A stretch of DNA of 64,000 nt from Thermodesulfovibrionia bacterium (GTDB lineage: Bacteria; Nitrospirota; Thermodesulfovibrionia; UBA6902): contig CAVOUK010000003.1 in the NCBI GenBank assembly GCA_963699585.1, positions 139,251-203,250 of the forward strand, in the 5' to 3' direction. How positions within the stretch are numbered: position 1 is the first letter of the stretch; each line of letters starts with the position of its first letter. The translations under genes were made by a program, and so were the position numbers. The notes under the pieces were generated by a model that had not been told where the DNA came from, did not search any database, and worked only from the letters and a program-made list of their open reading frames with translations. Below are positions 7,233 to 16,637 of the stretch, piece after piece.

Positions 7233-10061
7233 CTATTTCTTCTTTTTAGCTGTCTTCTTTGCTGCCTTCTTCACAGTTTTCTTAGCAATCTTTTTAACTG
7301 CTTTTTTTGCTGCTTTAGCAGGTTTCTTTGCCGCTGCTTGTGCAGCCTTCTCTTTCAGCACCGCAAGAGCTGCAGCGAATCTTGCTATAGGCACCCTGAA
7401 GGGTGAGCAGCTTACATAATCAAGTCCGATATTGTGGCAGAACTCTACAGACTTTGCCTCTCCGCCGTGCTCACCGCAAATACCCATTTTAAGGTCCTTT
7501 TTAACAGCCCTGCCTTTTTCGACTGCTATCTTCATGAATGCGCCTACGCCTTCCTGATCGATAGTAACAAACGGGTCATCTGCGAGTATATTGTTCTCTA
7601 CATAAAAAGGCAGGAATCTTCCGGCGTCGTCACGTGATAGTCCGTAAACTGTCTGCGTGAGGTCGTTCGTACCGAACGAGTAGAAGTCAGCGACCTCGGC
7701 GATCTGTTCAGAGGTCACGCATGCGCGCGGGAGTTCTATCATGGTCCCGACTGTGTACGCAACTTTTGTCTTGTATTCCTTTTTGACTTTTTCAGCGACA
7801 GATACAACAACCTCTCTCATCTTTTTCAATTCGTTAACATGTCCTACGAGAGGGATCATTATTTCAGGAATGACCTTAACTTTCTGTTGCGCAAGCTCGC
7901 ATGCAGCTTCCATGATCGCCTGCGCCTGCATTTCGTACATTTCAGGGTATGTCACGCCGAGACGGCAGCCGCGGTGTCCGAGCATGGGATTGAATTCATG
8001 AAGGGACATATTCTTGGCATTAAGTTTTTCAAAAGACACCCCCATATCATTTGCGAGTTCCATAAGTTCTGTATCAGTGTGCGGGAGGAATTCATGAAGA
8101 GGCGGATCAAGGAGCCTGATAGTCACCGGCAGGCCCTGCATTGCGCTGAATATACCTATGAAATCTCCTTTCTGCATAGGCAGGAGTTTGGCAAGCGCCT
8201 TTTTTCTTCCTTCAAGAGTGTCTGAAAGGATCATTTCTCTGACTGCCTTTATCCTGTCCGGGCCGAAGAACATATGCTCAGTCCTGCAGAGACCGATCCC
8301 CTCTGCGCCGAAGTTACGTGCAATAGCAGAGTCATTAGGTGTATCGGCATTGGTCCTGACCTTGAGAGTCCTTATCTGGTCTGCCCATTTCATTAACTCT
8401 TTATACCACAGGTTATGTTCAGGCTCGGCGGCCAATAGAGTCAGTTGTCCTTCATAAACACGTCCCTTTGTACCGTTTAAGGTTATCCATTCGCCCTCTC
8501 TGATAACTCTGTCGTTTACGTGAATTTCTCTATTTGCCAGATTAATATTGAGCGCTGAACATCCGACAATGCAGCATTTTCCCCATCCCCTTGCGACAAG
8601 CGCTGCATGGCTCGTCATGCCGCCTTTGGCAGTAAGAATAGCTTCCGCTGCGTGCATTCCGTGAACATCTTCGGGAGAAGTTTCGTTTCTCACGAGAATG
8701 ACTTTTTCGCCTCTCTTGGCCCAGGCTTCCGCATCGTCAGCAGTGAAGACTACTTTTCCTGTTGCGCCTCCCGGACCTGCCGGAAGACCTTTTGCAAGTT
8801 CAATTGCCTTTTTTTCAGCAGCTGGATCAACGCTCGGATGCAGCAGTTCATCTATTTGGTCGGATTTGACCCTCATAATAGCCGTCTCTTTTGTGATCAG
8901 TTTCTGTTTTGCCATTTCAACAGCCATCCTGATAGCTGATTGACCGTTACGTTTACCTACCCTTGTCTGGAGCATCCAGAGCTTGCCTTCTTCAATGGTG
9001 AATTCGATGTCCTGCATGTCCGAGTAATGGTTTTCAAGTTTTCTCTGATAGTTGTAAAGTTCTTTATACAAGTGCGGCATGTTTTCTTCAAGTGAAGTAA
9101 GGTGTCTTGTGTCGTCGGTTTTTCCTGCCGTGTTTACCGGATTCGGGGTCCTGATTCCTGCAACAACGTCCTCGCCCTGTGCATTGGGAAGCCATTCGCC
9201 GAAGAACATGTTCTCGCCTGTTGCAGGGTTGCGGGTGAAGGCAACTCCTGTTGCCGAGGTATCTCCGGTATTGCCGAAGACCATCGCCTGAACATTAACC
9301 GCGGTCCCCCAGTGTTCGGGAATTCCTTCTATCTTACGATACGAGACAGCGCGTTTCCCCATCCATGACTGGAAGACAGCGCTGATGCCGCCCCATAATT
9401 GTTCCTGCGGTTCGTCAGGGAAATCTTTACCGAGGGTATTTTTAATTATTACCTTGAATTCTTCGCAAAGTCTTTTCAGGTCGTCTACTTGCAGATCGGT
9501 GTCGACCTTGTAATATTTCTCATGTTTTATGTGTTCCATTGCATGTTCGAGTTTCATGCGGATGCCTTCGCCTTCCTTCGGTTCGATCCCGGCAGCCTTT
9601 TCCATAACAACGTCAGAATACATCATCATCAGACGACGGTAAGCGTCATATACAAAACGTTCGTTGTTTGTCTTTTTGACAAGGCCGGGAATGGTCTTTG
9701 TTGTCAGACCGACATTCAAAACTGTCTCCATCATGCCGGGCATTGAACTGCGTGCGCCTGAACGGACGGAAACAAGGAGAGGGTCGTTGGGGTCCCCGAG
9801 TTTTTTCCCGATTATTTTCTCAACTCTGGCAAGGGCCGTATCAACCTGACCTTTAAGTTCCTTTGGATATTTGCGATTATTTGCATAATAAAGAGTGCAG
9901 ACCTCAGTGGTGATCGTGAAACCGGGCGGGACCGGGAGCTGCAGCTTGGGATGTCCTGCCATTTCAGCAAGGTTTGCACCCTTGCCGCCGAGCAGATTTT
10001 TCATGCCTGCGTTGCCATCGGCTTTGCCGGCGCCGAAGAAGTAAACATATTTCTTTGCCAT
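7233..10061 (-). CDS. ppdK: pyruvate, phosphate dikinase with C-terminal Lys/Ala-rich extension
   Basis: 942 aa with N-terminus MAKKYVYFFG...GGKGANLAEM, phosphohistidine region GGMTSHAALVARGWGK and PEP-utilising C-terminal domain ...CGEHGG...VSCSP. The last ~40 aa are KEKAAQAAAKKPAKAAKKAVKKIAKKTVKKAAKKTAKKKK. Confidence 0.95.
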   Translation of the reverse strand: MAKKYVYFFGAGKADGNAGMKNLLGGKGANLAEMAGHPKLQLPVPPGFTITTEVCTLYYANNRKYPKELKGQVDTALARVEKIIGKKLGDPNDPLLVSVRSGARSSMPGMMETVLNVGLTTKTIPGLVKKTNNERFVYDAYRRLMMMYSDVVMEKAAGIEPKEGEGIRMKLEHAMEHIKHEKYYKVDTDLQVDDLKRLCEEFKVIIKNTLGKDFPDEPQEQLWGGISAVFQSWMGKRAVSYRKIEGIPEHWGTAVNVQAMVFGNTGDTSATGVAFTRNPATGENMFFGEWLPNAQGEDVVAGIRTPNPVNTAGKTDDTRHLTSLEENMPHLYKELYNYQRKLENHYSDMQDIEFTIEEGKLWMLQTRVGKRNGQSAIRMAVEMAKQKLITKETAIMRVKSDQIDELLHPSVDPAAEKKAIELAKGLPAGPGGATGKVVFTADDAEAWAKRGEKVILVRNETSPEDVHGMHAAEAILTAKGGMTSHAALVARGWGKCCIVGCSALNINLANREIHVNDRVIREGEWITLNGTKGRVYEGQLTLLAAEPEHNLWYKELMKWADQIRTLKVRTNADTPNDSAIARNFGAEGIGLCRTEHMFFGPDRIKAVREMILSDTLEGRKKALAKLLPMQKGDFIGIFSAMQGLPVTIRLLDPPLHEFLPHTDTELMELANDMGVSFEKLNAKNMSLHEFNPMLGHRGCRLGVTYPEMYEMQAQAIMEAACELAQQKVKVIPEIMIPLVGHVNELKKMREVVVSVAEKVKKEYKTKVAYTVGTMIELPRACVTSEQIAEVADFYSFGTNDLTQTVYGLSRDDAGRFLPFYVENNILADDPFVTIDQEGVGAFMKIAVEKGRAVKKDLKMGICGEHGGEAKSVEFCHNIGLDYVSCSPFRVPIARFAAALAVLKEKAAQAAAKKPAKAAKKAVKKIAKKTVKKAAKKTAKKKK

Positions 10062-10219
10062 TTTAATCCTCCAGAAGTATCAGGTTAAAATTTAAATAGT
10101 TAATTAAGCATAAATAGGTTAGTTATTCTACACAAAATTATGGCTTAAATTCAAACAGAAACAAATATCAGTAAAATGACCTGAAAATCTAACAAACTCA
10201 TCTCTTAAAGTCGGTCACT

Positions 10220-12256
10220 TCACTCCATTATACTTGAAAAATCTCCTAAGGAATCAAAGATATCTTTAATTGAAAAAAGCAGTGCAAGCCTGTTGTTCCT
10301 GATCTTTTCGTCCTTGTCCATAACAAGAACTCTGTCAAAAAACGTATTGATAGGTTTTTCAAGATCGAACAAAGAGATATAGATATTATCTTCCATTTTA
10401 TTTCTGACTCTTCCGGCAGCATTATAAAGTTCCTTTTCCGAAGGTTCATTTAATATATTTTCATTTACTGCTGCAGGCTGCACTCTGGCGAGGATGTTGT
10501 AAACCCTCTTTGCGGCCATAAGAAGACCAGGGAATGAAGGGTCCTTTTTTAGATCAGCAATAGCGTCAATTCTGTATTTCAGATCTCTCATATTAATCAT
10601 TTTCACTGCAAGGGCGGCATTAACAACGTCATAACTGTATCCCTGTGATAAAAGCATTCCTTCAAGCCTCTGGTTGAAGAATTGCATTATTTTCCCTGAC
10701 AGGGTTGTTTTTTCAGCAGGTAAAACAGATAAGCCTTCCAGCGCCTTGTCCGCAAGGATGTCCGGCGTAAGAGGATAATCCTTGCCCTGCAAAATATTTA
10801 TTATTCCTGCCGCCTGCCGCCTCAAGGCAAAGGGGTCTTCTGAACCGGAAGGTATTAAACCGAGGTAAAAGAATGATGCGATATTGTCTATCTTGTCTGC
10901 AAGCGAAATTATAGTGCCTATTTCTCCGGCGGGCAATGCATCGCCTGCTGATTTAGGCAGATAGTGTTCATATATTGCAGTTGCTGTTTCTTCATCTTCA
11001 CCGGATCTCAACGCATATATTTTCCCCATATAGCCCTGCAGTTCAGGAAATTCGCTGACGACCCCGGTGACGAGATCTGCCTTTGAAAGCATTGCTGCCC
11101 GGAGCAGTTTTTCTTTTTGCTGAAAACATAACTTGTCCGCAATAAAAGAGCACAGTGATTTTATCCTCTCCAGTTTAACGTATAGAGTTCCCAGTTTTTC
11201 CTGAAAGGTTACGTTCCTTAATTTATCAATATAATCCCATAAAGGTTTTTCGCGGTCTTCGGCAAAATAGAATCTTGCATCCTCGAACCTTGCGCGCAGC
11301 ACGCGTTCAGCGCCTTTCCTGACCGTGTCATTATTTTCAGGTTTTGTATTGCTTACAACTATATAATGGGGCAGCATATTTCCATCTCTGTCCTCTGTTG
11401 AGAAGTATTTCTGGTGTGTCCTCATAACGGTTATCAGAAGTTCTTTGGGCAGCTCAAGATATTTATCCTCGAAACCTCCCAGAACGAGAGTCGGATATTC
11501 GACAAGAAAGGTCACAAGGTCCAGCAGTTCTGCATCTTGATGCACCTTTATATTTTTTTCTGATTCAATCTTTTTTAACCCTTCTGAAATGGTCTTTTTT
11601 CTCTCGGCATGATCAGCGATAACCCTGCCCTTAAAAAGAAGGGGTAAATATTCTGAAGGGTTTTCAACCCTGATTGCCTCCGGCGACAAGAACCTGTGGC
11701 CATATGTAATGTCGCTGCTATTAATGCCGTCGATATCGAACGGGACCGATTCATCACCGAACTTCGCGAGTATCCAGCGTATCGGCCTGAAAAAACGCAG
11801 CGACCCGCTCCCCCAGCGCATTGTTTTGGGCAGTTGCAGGGAAGATAATATTTTGGGCAATCCTTCGCTCAGAACATCTATTACCGCCCTGCCCTTTTCT
11901 TCTATAGTAACGGCAATATATTCTCCCCGGTCGGTCTGAACGATTTTCAATTTATCAATATCAACGTTCAGGGATTTTGCAAAACCAATCGCTGCCCTGG
12001 TTGGCGCGCCCTGATCATCGAATGCAACCCTTTTGGGAGGACCCATTGTTTCAACTGTTCTGTCCTTTTGCTTATCTGAAATACCTTCAATATATATTGC
12101 GAGTCTTCTCGGCGTGGCGTATTCGGAGATCGCGCCATATTCTATTGAGGCGCTATCAAGAAAATGAGTAAGCTCTTCTTTTAATATCGCAAGACCTCTG
12201 AGAACAAATCTGGCGGGTATCTCTTCGGAGCCTATTTCAAGAAGTAGTGATTTCAT
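10220..12256 (-). CDS. glyS: glycine--tRNA ligase beta subunit
   Basis: 678 aa. LLEIGSEEIPARF N-terminus and full-length GlyS-like sequence, immediately downstream of glyQ. Confidence 0.95.
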   Translation of the reverse strand: MKSLLLEIGSEEIPARFVLRGLAILKEELTHFLDSASIEYGAISEYATPRRLAIYIEGISDKQKDRTVETMGPPKRVAFDDQGAPTRAAIGFAKSLNVDIDKLKIVQTDRGEYIAVTIEEKGRAVIDVLSEGLPKILSSLQLPKTMRWGSGSLRFFRPIRWILAKFGDESVPFDIDGINSSDITYGHRFLSPEAIRVENPSEYLPLLFKGRVIADHAERKKTISEGLKKIESEKNIKVHQDAELLDLVTFLVEYPTLVLGGFEDKYLELPKELLITVMRTHQKYFSTEDRDGNMLPHYIVVSNTKPENNDTVRKGAERVLRARFEDARFYFAEDREKPLWDYIDKLRNVTFQEKLGTLYVKLERIKSLCSFIADKLCFQQKEKLLRAAMLSKADLVTGVVSEFPELQGYMGKIYALRSGEDEETATAIYEHYLPKSAGDALPAGEIGTIISLADKIDNIASFFYLGLIPSGSEDPFALRRQAAGIINILQGKDYPLTPDILADKALEGLSVLPAEKTTLSGKIMQFFNQRLEGMLLSQGYSYDVVNAALAVKMINMRDLKYRIDAIADLKKDPSFPGLLMAAKRVYNILARVQPAAVNENILNEPSEKELYNAAGRVRNKMEDNIYISLFDLEKPINTFFDRVLVMDKDEKIRNNRLALLFSIKDIFDSLGDFSSIME

Positions 12257-12319
12257 GGTCTATAAAATTATTAAAATCAAAATTATGGAAGTTTATTTTG
12301 AAAATGTTTTCCTCATTTT

Positions 12320-13210
12320 TTATCTTTGATTCTTCATTTTTGATTTTTTCAGTAACGGAAATCCCATCTCCTCTCTGAGCTTTAAGTATCCCCCGGCACA
12401 TTTTTTTGCGAGGTTTCTCACCCGCGCAATGTATTTTGTTCTCTCTGTCACACTGATCGCGCCCCGTGCGTCCAGCATGTTAAAGCTGTGCGAACACTTC
12501 AGACAAAAATCATACGCAGGCAACACAAGCCCTTCTTTCAGCAGCTTGAGGGCTTCCTTCTCAAATGAATCAAATAAGCTGAAATGCAGCTGCGCGTCAG
12601 AGAGATCAAAATTGTATTTTGAGAACTCCACCTCTGTTTCATGATGGACATCTCCGTAAGTTATTTCCCTGTTCCACTGCAGATTATAAACATTATCAAC
12701 TTCCTGCAGGTACATCGCGATACGCTCGAGACCATAAGTAAGTTCAACGGAGACCGGCTTCAATTCAATACCTCCGACCTGCTGGAAATAAGTGAACTGC
12801 GTTACTTCCATCCCATCCAGCCATACTTCCCAGCCGAGTCCCCACGCGCCGAGGGTCGGAGATTCCCAATCGTCCTCGACAAAGCGGATGTCATGCTTAA
12901 GAGCGTCAATACCGATAGCCGAGAGGCTTTTAAGATAAATGCCCTGAGAATCCGGAGGTGATGGTTTCAGGACCACCTGGTACTGGTAATAATGCTGGAG
13001 TCTGTTGGGGTTTTCTCCGTATCTTCCGTCAGCAGGTCTTCTCGACGGCTCAACGTACGCTGCCTTCCACGGTTCAGGACCGAGCACCCTGAAGAACGTG
13101 GCAGGATTGAAAGTGCCGGCGCCTACTTCAATATCATAAGGCTGATGTATCACACAGCCCTCCCGGGCCCAGAATTCATGGAGTTTTAAAATTAAATCCT
13201 GTAAGTACAT
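12320..13210 (-). CDS. glyQ: glycine--tRNA ligase alpha subunit
   Basis: 296 aa. [19 protein letters not shown]...[26 protein letters not shown] is highly conserved GlyQ sequence. Confidence 0.96.
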   Translation of the reverse strand: MYLQDLILKLHEFWAREGCVIHQPYDIEVGAGTFNPATFFRVLGPEPWKAAYVEPSRRPADGRYGENPNRLQHYYQYQVVLKPSPPDSQGIYLKSLSAIGIDALKHDIRFVEDDWESPTLGAWGLGWEVWLDGMEVTQFTYFQQVGGIELKPVSVELTYGLERIAMYLQEVDNVYNLQWNREITYGDVHHETEVEFSKYNFDLSDAQLHFSLFDSFEKEALKLLKEGLVLPAYDFCLKCSHSFNMLDARGAISVTERTKYIARVRNLAKKCAGGYLKLREEMGFPLLKKSKMKNQR

Positions 13211-13266
13211 AAGGTTAAATCTTAAAGGACGGATGGATGTTTGTCAAACTTAAAGCAATGAATTTT

Positions 13267-13282
13267 TATGATAAAAATCATA
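13267..13282. promoter_or_regulatory. FNR/CRP-family-like palindrome TATGAT-N4-ATCATA, 20 nt upstream of a TATAAT hexamer (13303-13308)
   Basis: Perfect 6-4-6 palindrome in the glyQ / nifU-like divergent spacer. The inner ATGAT-N4-ATCAT has the geometry of the FNR box TTGAT-N4-ATCAA. A second copy lies at 14089-14104. Confidence 0.4.
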
Positions 13283-13340
13283 GCATAAATTTTTATAACG
13301 GGTATAATATATTTAAATAAATTTTCAACAGGAGGAGAAT

Positions 13341-13565
13341 ATGTTAAAAGAAAGAGTAGAAGCTGTTTTGAGTAAGGTCAAACCTTTACTTCAGCGCGAC
13401 GGCGGAGATGTTGAACTGGTGGATGTTCAGGCAGATGGTGTTGTAAAAGTAAGGCTGACAGGAGCATGTTCAGGCTGTCCCATGTCCACTATGACTCTCA
13501 AGAATGCGATTGAAGAAACTATAAAAAAAGAAATACCTGAAATTAAATCAGTTATTCAGGTCTGA
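13341..13565 (+). CDS. NifU-like (Nfu-type) Fe-S cluster carrier domain protein
   Basis: 74 aa. LQRDGGDVELVDV...VKVRLTGACSGCPMSTMTLK carries the CxxC of the NifU C-terminal domain. Confidence 0.85.
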   Translation: MLKERVEAVLSKVKPLLQRDGGDVELVDVQADGVVKVRLTGACSGCPMSTMTLKNAIEETIKKEIPEIKSVIQV

Positions 13566-13577
13566 TAATTAACAAAA

Positions 13578-13657
13578 CAATTAATAATGAGTAATGCGTA
13601 ATGAATAATCAATGGAAAAATATCTTTCCTTAATTATTCATTCATCATTGTTAATTG
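13578..13657. repeat. long imperfect AT-rich inverted repeat (core AATGAATAAT / ATTATTCATT)
   Basis: The left arm CAATTAATAATGAGTAATGCGTAATGAATAATCAA faces CCTTAATTATTCATTCATCATTGTTAATTG. A related element with the same core and the AATAATGAGTAAT word lies at 24415-24480 in opposite orientation. Confidence 0.5.
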
Positions 13658-13680
13658 ATAATTGTTAAAAGGGGTAATAT

Positions 13681-14070
13681 ATGGATAAGATAGTTGTATG
13701 GTATTTACGAATGAGCGTTATTTACTTCATTGCAGGAGCTCTTATCGGCCTTGTCATGATCTTATCGCCGGGTGAGACAGGTTATTATGTGTCATCACAT
13801 ACTCATCTGAATCTGCTTGGCTTTATGTCAATGATGATCTACGGAGTCGGTTATCATATATTGCCGAAATTCAGCGGAAGGAACATATACAGTCCGATGA
13901 TCATGAATGCGCAGTTCTGGATCGGTAATGCAGGGCTTATCGGAATGGTTGTAGGCTGGCTTGTTTTAAGAGGGGATGTTTCACCGGTACTGATCATATC
14001 AGCCCTGCTCTCTTTAACGTCAGTGGTCCTGTTTGCATTCAATATTCTGAAGACGATCAAATCAGTTTAG
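13681..14070 (+). CDS. small 4-TM membrane protein resembling a fragment of haem-copper oxidase subunit I
   Basis: 129 aa. SSHTHLNLLGFMSMMIYGVGYHILPKFSGRNIYS...AQFWIGNAGLIG resembles the CcoN/NorB helix pattern H-x-N-x-LGW...G..Y.L.P...GR. The family assignment comes from memory of that pattern only. Confidence 0.5.
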   Translation: MDKIVVWYLRMSVIYFIAGALIGLVMILSPGETGYYVSSHTHLNLLGFMSMMIYGVGYHILPKFSGRNIYSPMIMNAQFWIGNAGLIGMVVGWLVLRGDVSPVLIISALLSLTSVVLFAFNILKTIKSV

Positions 14071-14088
14071 TGTTTTTTATATCTGTCT

Positions 14089-14104
14089 TATGATGAAAAT
14101 CATA
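14089..14104. promoter_or_regulatory. second copy of the TATGAT-N4-ATCATA palindrome, 21 nt upstream of a TAAAAT hexamer (14126-14131)
   Basis: TTATGATGAAAATCATAG read directly, about 90 nt upstream of the DUF1858 gene start. The spacing to the -10 candidate matches the 13267 copy. Confidence 0.4.
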
Positions 14105-14193
14105 GACCATGTGTGATTTTTGTTTTAAAATTTAAATAAAGCAACTATAAGATTGATACTGTAAATTTATCAAAATAAGATTGGAGGTTAAAA

Positions 14194-14538
14194 ATGACAA
14201 CACAGATTGAAGTAACGAAGAATTCAATTATTGGAGACGTTATAAAAAATGTACCTGGCGCAAAACAGGTGATAGAGAAATATTTCGGCGGAGGCTGTTT
14301 TACCTGTCCCGGGATAAATGTGGAATCTATCGCTTTCGGCTCAGCAATGCACAATATTGATCCGGAGAAGATTGTAAGTGAAATAAAAAAGCTTGCGGAG
14401 AAATTGACGATGAAAAGTAAGTGTTTAAATTGCGGGATCACGAGTGAAGAGGTTGTACTGCTCTCGTGTCAGCATAAAGGTGAAGCAGTATATGTATGCA
14501 TTAAATGTCTTCCCATACTTATTCATGGCTCCCATTAA
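14194..14538 (+). CDS. DUF1858 (hybrid-cluster-protein-associated redox disulfide) domain protein with C-terminal Cys4 zinc-ribbon-like tail
   Basis: 114 aa. ITKNSIIGDVIKNVPGAKQVIEKYFGGGCFTCPG...ESIAFGSAMHNID matches DUF1858. The tail is CLNCG...CQHKG...CIKC. Confidence 0.7.
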   Translation: MTTQIEVTKNSIIGDVIKNVPGAKQVIEKYFGGGCFTCPGINVESIAFGSAMHNIDPEKIVSEIKKLAEKLTMKSKCLNCGITSEEVVLLSCQHKGEAVYVCIKCLPILIHGSH

Positions 14539-14792
14539 CTGGTTCATCTTCATAATCTGTATTACATTACTGCTTAACACGTCTTAGCTAGATAGCCTAC
14601 TGCCTACTTCTTATTTAATCACCCTAATACTAAAAAAAGGCGTTGTAATAAGATATAATTTTCAGCACTAAACCGGGGCATCAATTAGTCGCCGCTGAAA
14701 ACATGTAAAATTTATTGACAAGATAATTTTTATATGTTATTTTATGTAAAGCAATTCTTATATAAAACAATCAGTTAAATAATGAGGATAAT

Positions 14793-16254
14793 ATGGCAAG
14801 ATTAGATGTTAGATGTAAAGTTGATTTGCCAGTAAATGTGATAATTGAAGGAAGTCAGAATAAAGCTGTTGCAGAGACAAAATTTACCTCATTGAGCCTG
14901 GGCGGCGGATTTATTGAATGTGCTTCACCTCATATAAAAAACAAGATCATCGGACTTAAATATGACCTGCCGGCTTACGGAGAGTTTGAGGTTTTTGGAG
15001 AGGTGCTTCGTTCGGAATATGGCGGAATTGCTACGCGCTTCTATAATTTAAACAGGGACACCAAACTCAAACTGTGGGATTACATAAGGGAAAACATACA
15101 AGATGACCTCTCATGCCCTTATTGCGGGAATAAGAATATACAGAAGTTAAGAAGGTGCGATAGCTGCGGATGGAGCCTTAATTTCTTCTCTCAGGATTAT
15201 ATAGTAGAGCACGAAAAGGAATCCTTCATCCATCGACTTGCCATTAAGAGCAAATTATTTACTATCGAAGATATATATAAAATTCTCAATTTTGTCGATG
15301 TAGAAGTTTTAAAAATAGGAAAGAGTCTTGAGATCAATGAAGAGTTTGTTGGGTCCAGTCAGAGTATGCTTAATGTATTTTCGATGATCAGAAAGATCGC
15401 CCCTACCGATATTCCGGTGCTGATCACCGGTGATAGCGGTACAGGTAAAGAATTGACGGCAATGGCTATTCATGAAAGAAGTCTCAGAAAAAACAAACCG
15501 TTTGTAACCATTAACTGCGCAGCAATACCGGAGAATCTTATTGAGGCAGAGCTTTTTGGCCATGAAAAGGGTTCTTTTACCGGAGCACATAAACAGAAAA
15601 TCGGAAAGTTCGAATATGCTGACGGCGGCACAATTTTTCTTGATGAGATCGGCGAATTGTCTCCAAATCTGCAAGCGAAAATATTGACGATTTCTTGAAG
15701 ACAAGGTCGTTGAAAAAATAGGTTCGAATGAAGGGAAAAAAGTCGATGTAAGGCTTATTGCAGCAACCAATAAAGATCTCAAATCAGCTATGGCAAAGGG
15801 AATGTTCAGGAAAGACCTTTTTTACAGATTGGACAGCTTTAATATAAATCTTCCTCCTGTAAAAGAAAGAGGTGATGATAAAATAATCCTTGCAAGATAT
15901 TTCCTGAACAAGTTCTCGAAAGAAATGAACATGAAAAAGACATTATCACCGGAAGCAATAGATGCTATTAAATGCTATGATTGGCACGGCAATGTAAGAG
16001 AAATTATAAATAAGATCAGACGGGCTGTAGTTATGTCCAGGGAAGCCGCTATAACTCCGGTTGATCTGGATCTGGAAGTAGCGGCATTGAAGATGGAAGA
16101 GGTTACCTCTCTTAGAGAAGTCAGATACTCTATCGAAAAGCAAAAACTTATAGAAGCTATGAAACATTGCAATAATAATATTTCAAAGGTTGCAAGGATT
16201 CTCGGAATAAGCAGGCCCTCTGTTTACAGTCTTAGACGAAAATATAATATTTAA
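14793..16254 (+). pseudogene. sigma-54-dependent transcriptional activator with N-terminal PilZ domain and zinc ribbon; reading frame broken by one extra nucleotide
   Basis: The first fragment (14793..15698) has PilZ RLDVR...SLSLGG, zinc ribbon CPYCGN...CDSCGW, Walker A GDSGTGKE and GSFTGA. It reads LQAKIL then TIS-stop, and the +1 frame continues [31 protein letters not shown] into ORF 15790..16254 (Fis-type HTH). Removing A15687 restores ...AKILRFLEDK... Confidence 0.85.
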
Positions 16255-16385
16255 TCCTCATATTTTTTTATTCCTGCAATGCTCCAGTCCTGAAGTGTAA
16301 ACTTTCCCTTACAATGTAAATTGGATTTACAGGAATAACTATATAATTATTCTATAAACTTCCTGAAAAATATATAAACTAGTAA

Positions 16386-16402
16386 TGGGCATGGTATTTG
16401 CG
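16386..16402 (+). promoter_or_regulatory. candidate sigma-54 (-24/-12) promoter GGGCAT-N5-TTGCG
   Basis: In TGGGCATGGTATTTGCG the GG (16388-16389) and GC (16400-16401) are 12 nt apart, as in TGGCAC-N5-TTGC. It lies 130 nt after the bEBP gene and 235 nt before amiC. Confidence 0.45.
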
Positions 16403-16637
16403 TAATATCTCATATAGCATTATTATATTAAATTTCAAGGATCTGTTATATATTGTGAACAATTTTTCTGTCATAATTTTATGGGATGAGGCATTCCGTT
16501 GAATGACACTGCTATCAAGTAACAAGTTACTCGTCACTATTCTTTTTTTGAGTTGCGCCTGCTCAAATCTCAACAATCCATATATTAACCACTTTGGAAC
16601 TATTGACATTTAAAAGACATTATTTTAAAAATATTAC

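Noticed and set aside
7626-7640. CACGTG core as a parS site (searched because parAB are present)
   Set aside because: The flanks do not match TGTTNCACGTGNAACA and it lies inside ppdK. No parS-like sequence was found near parAB.
7434-9849. Series of plus-strand ORFs of 60-128 aa
   Set aside because: All are antisense to the full-length, highly conserved ppdK gene. They have no RBS and no recognisable domains.
16379-16609. 76-aa minus-strand ORF in the bEBP-amiC spacer
   Set aside because: It is AT-rich and low-complexity, has no RBS, and overlaps the candidate sigma54 promoter and leader.
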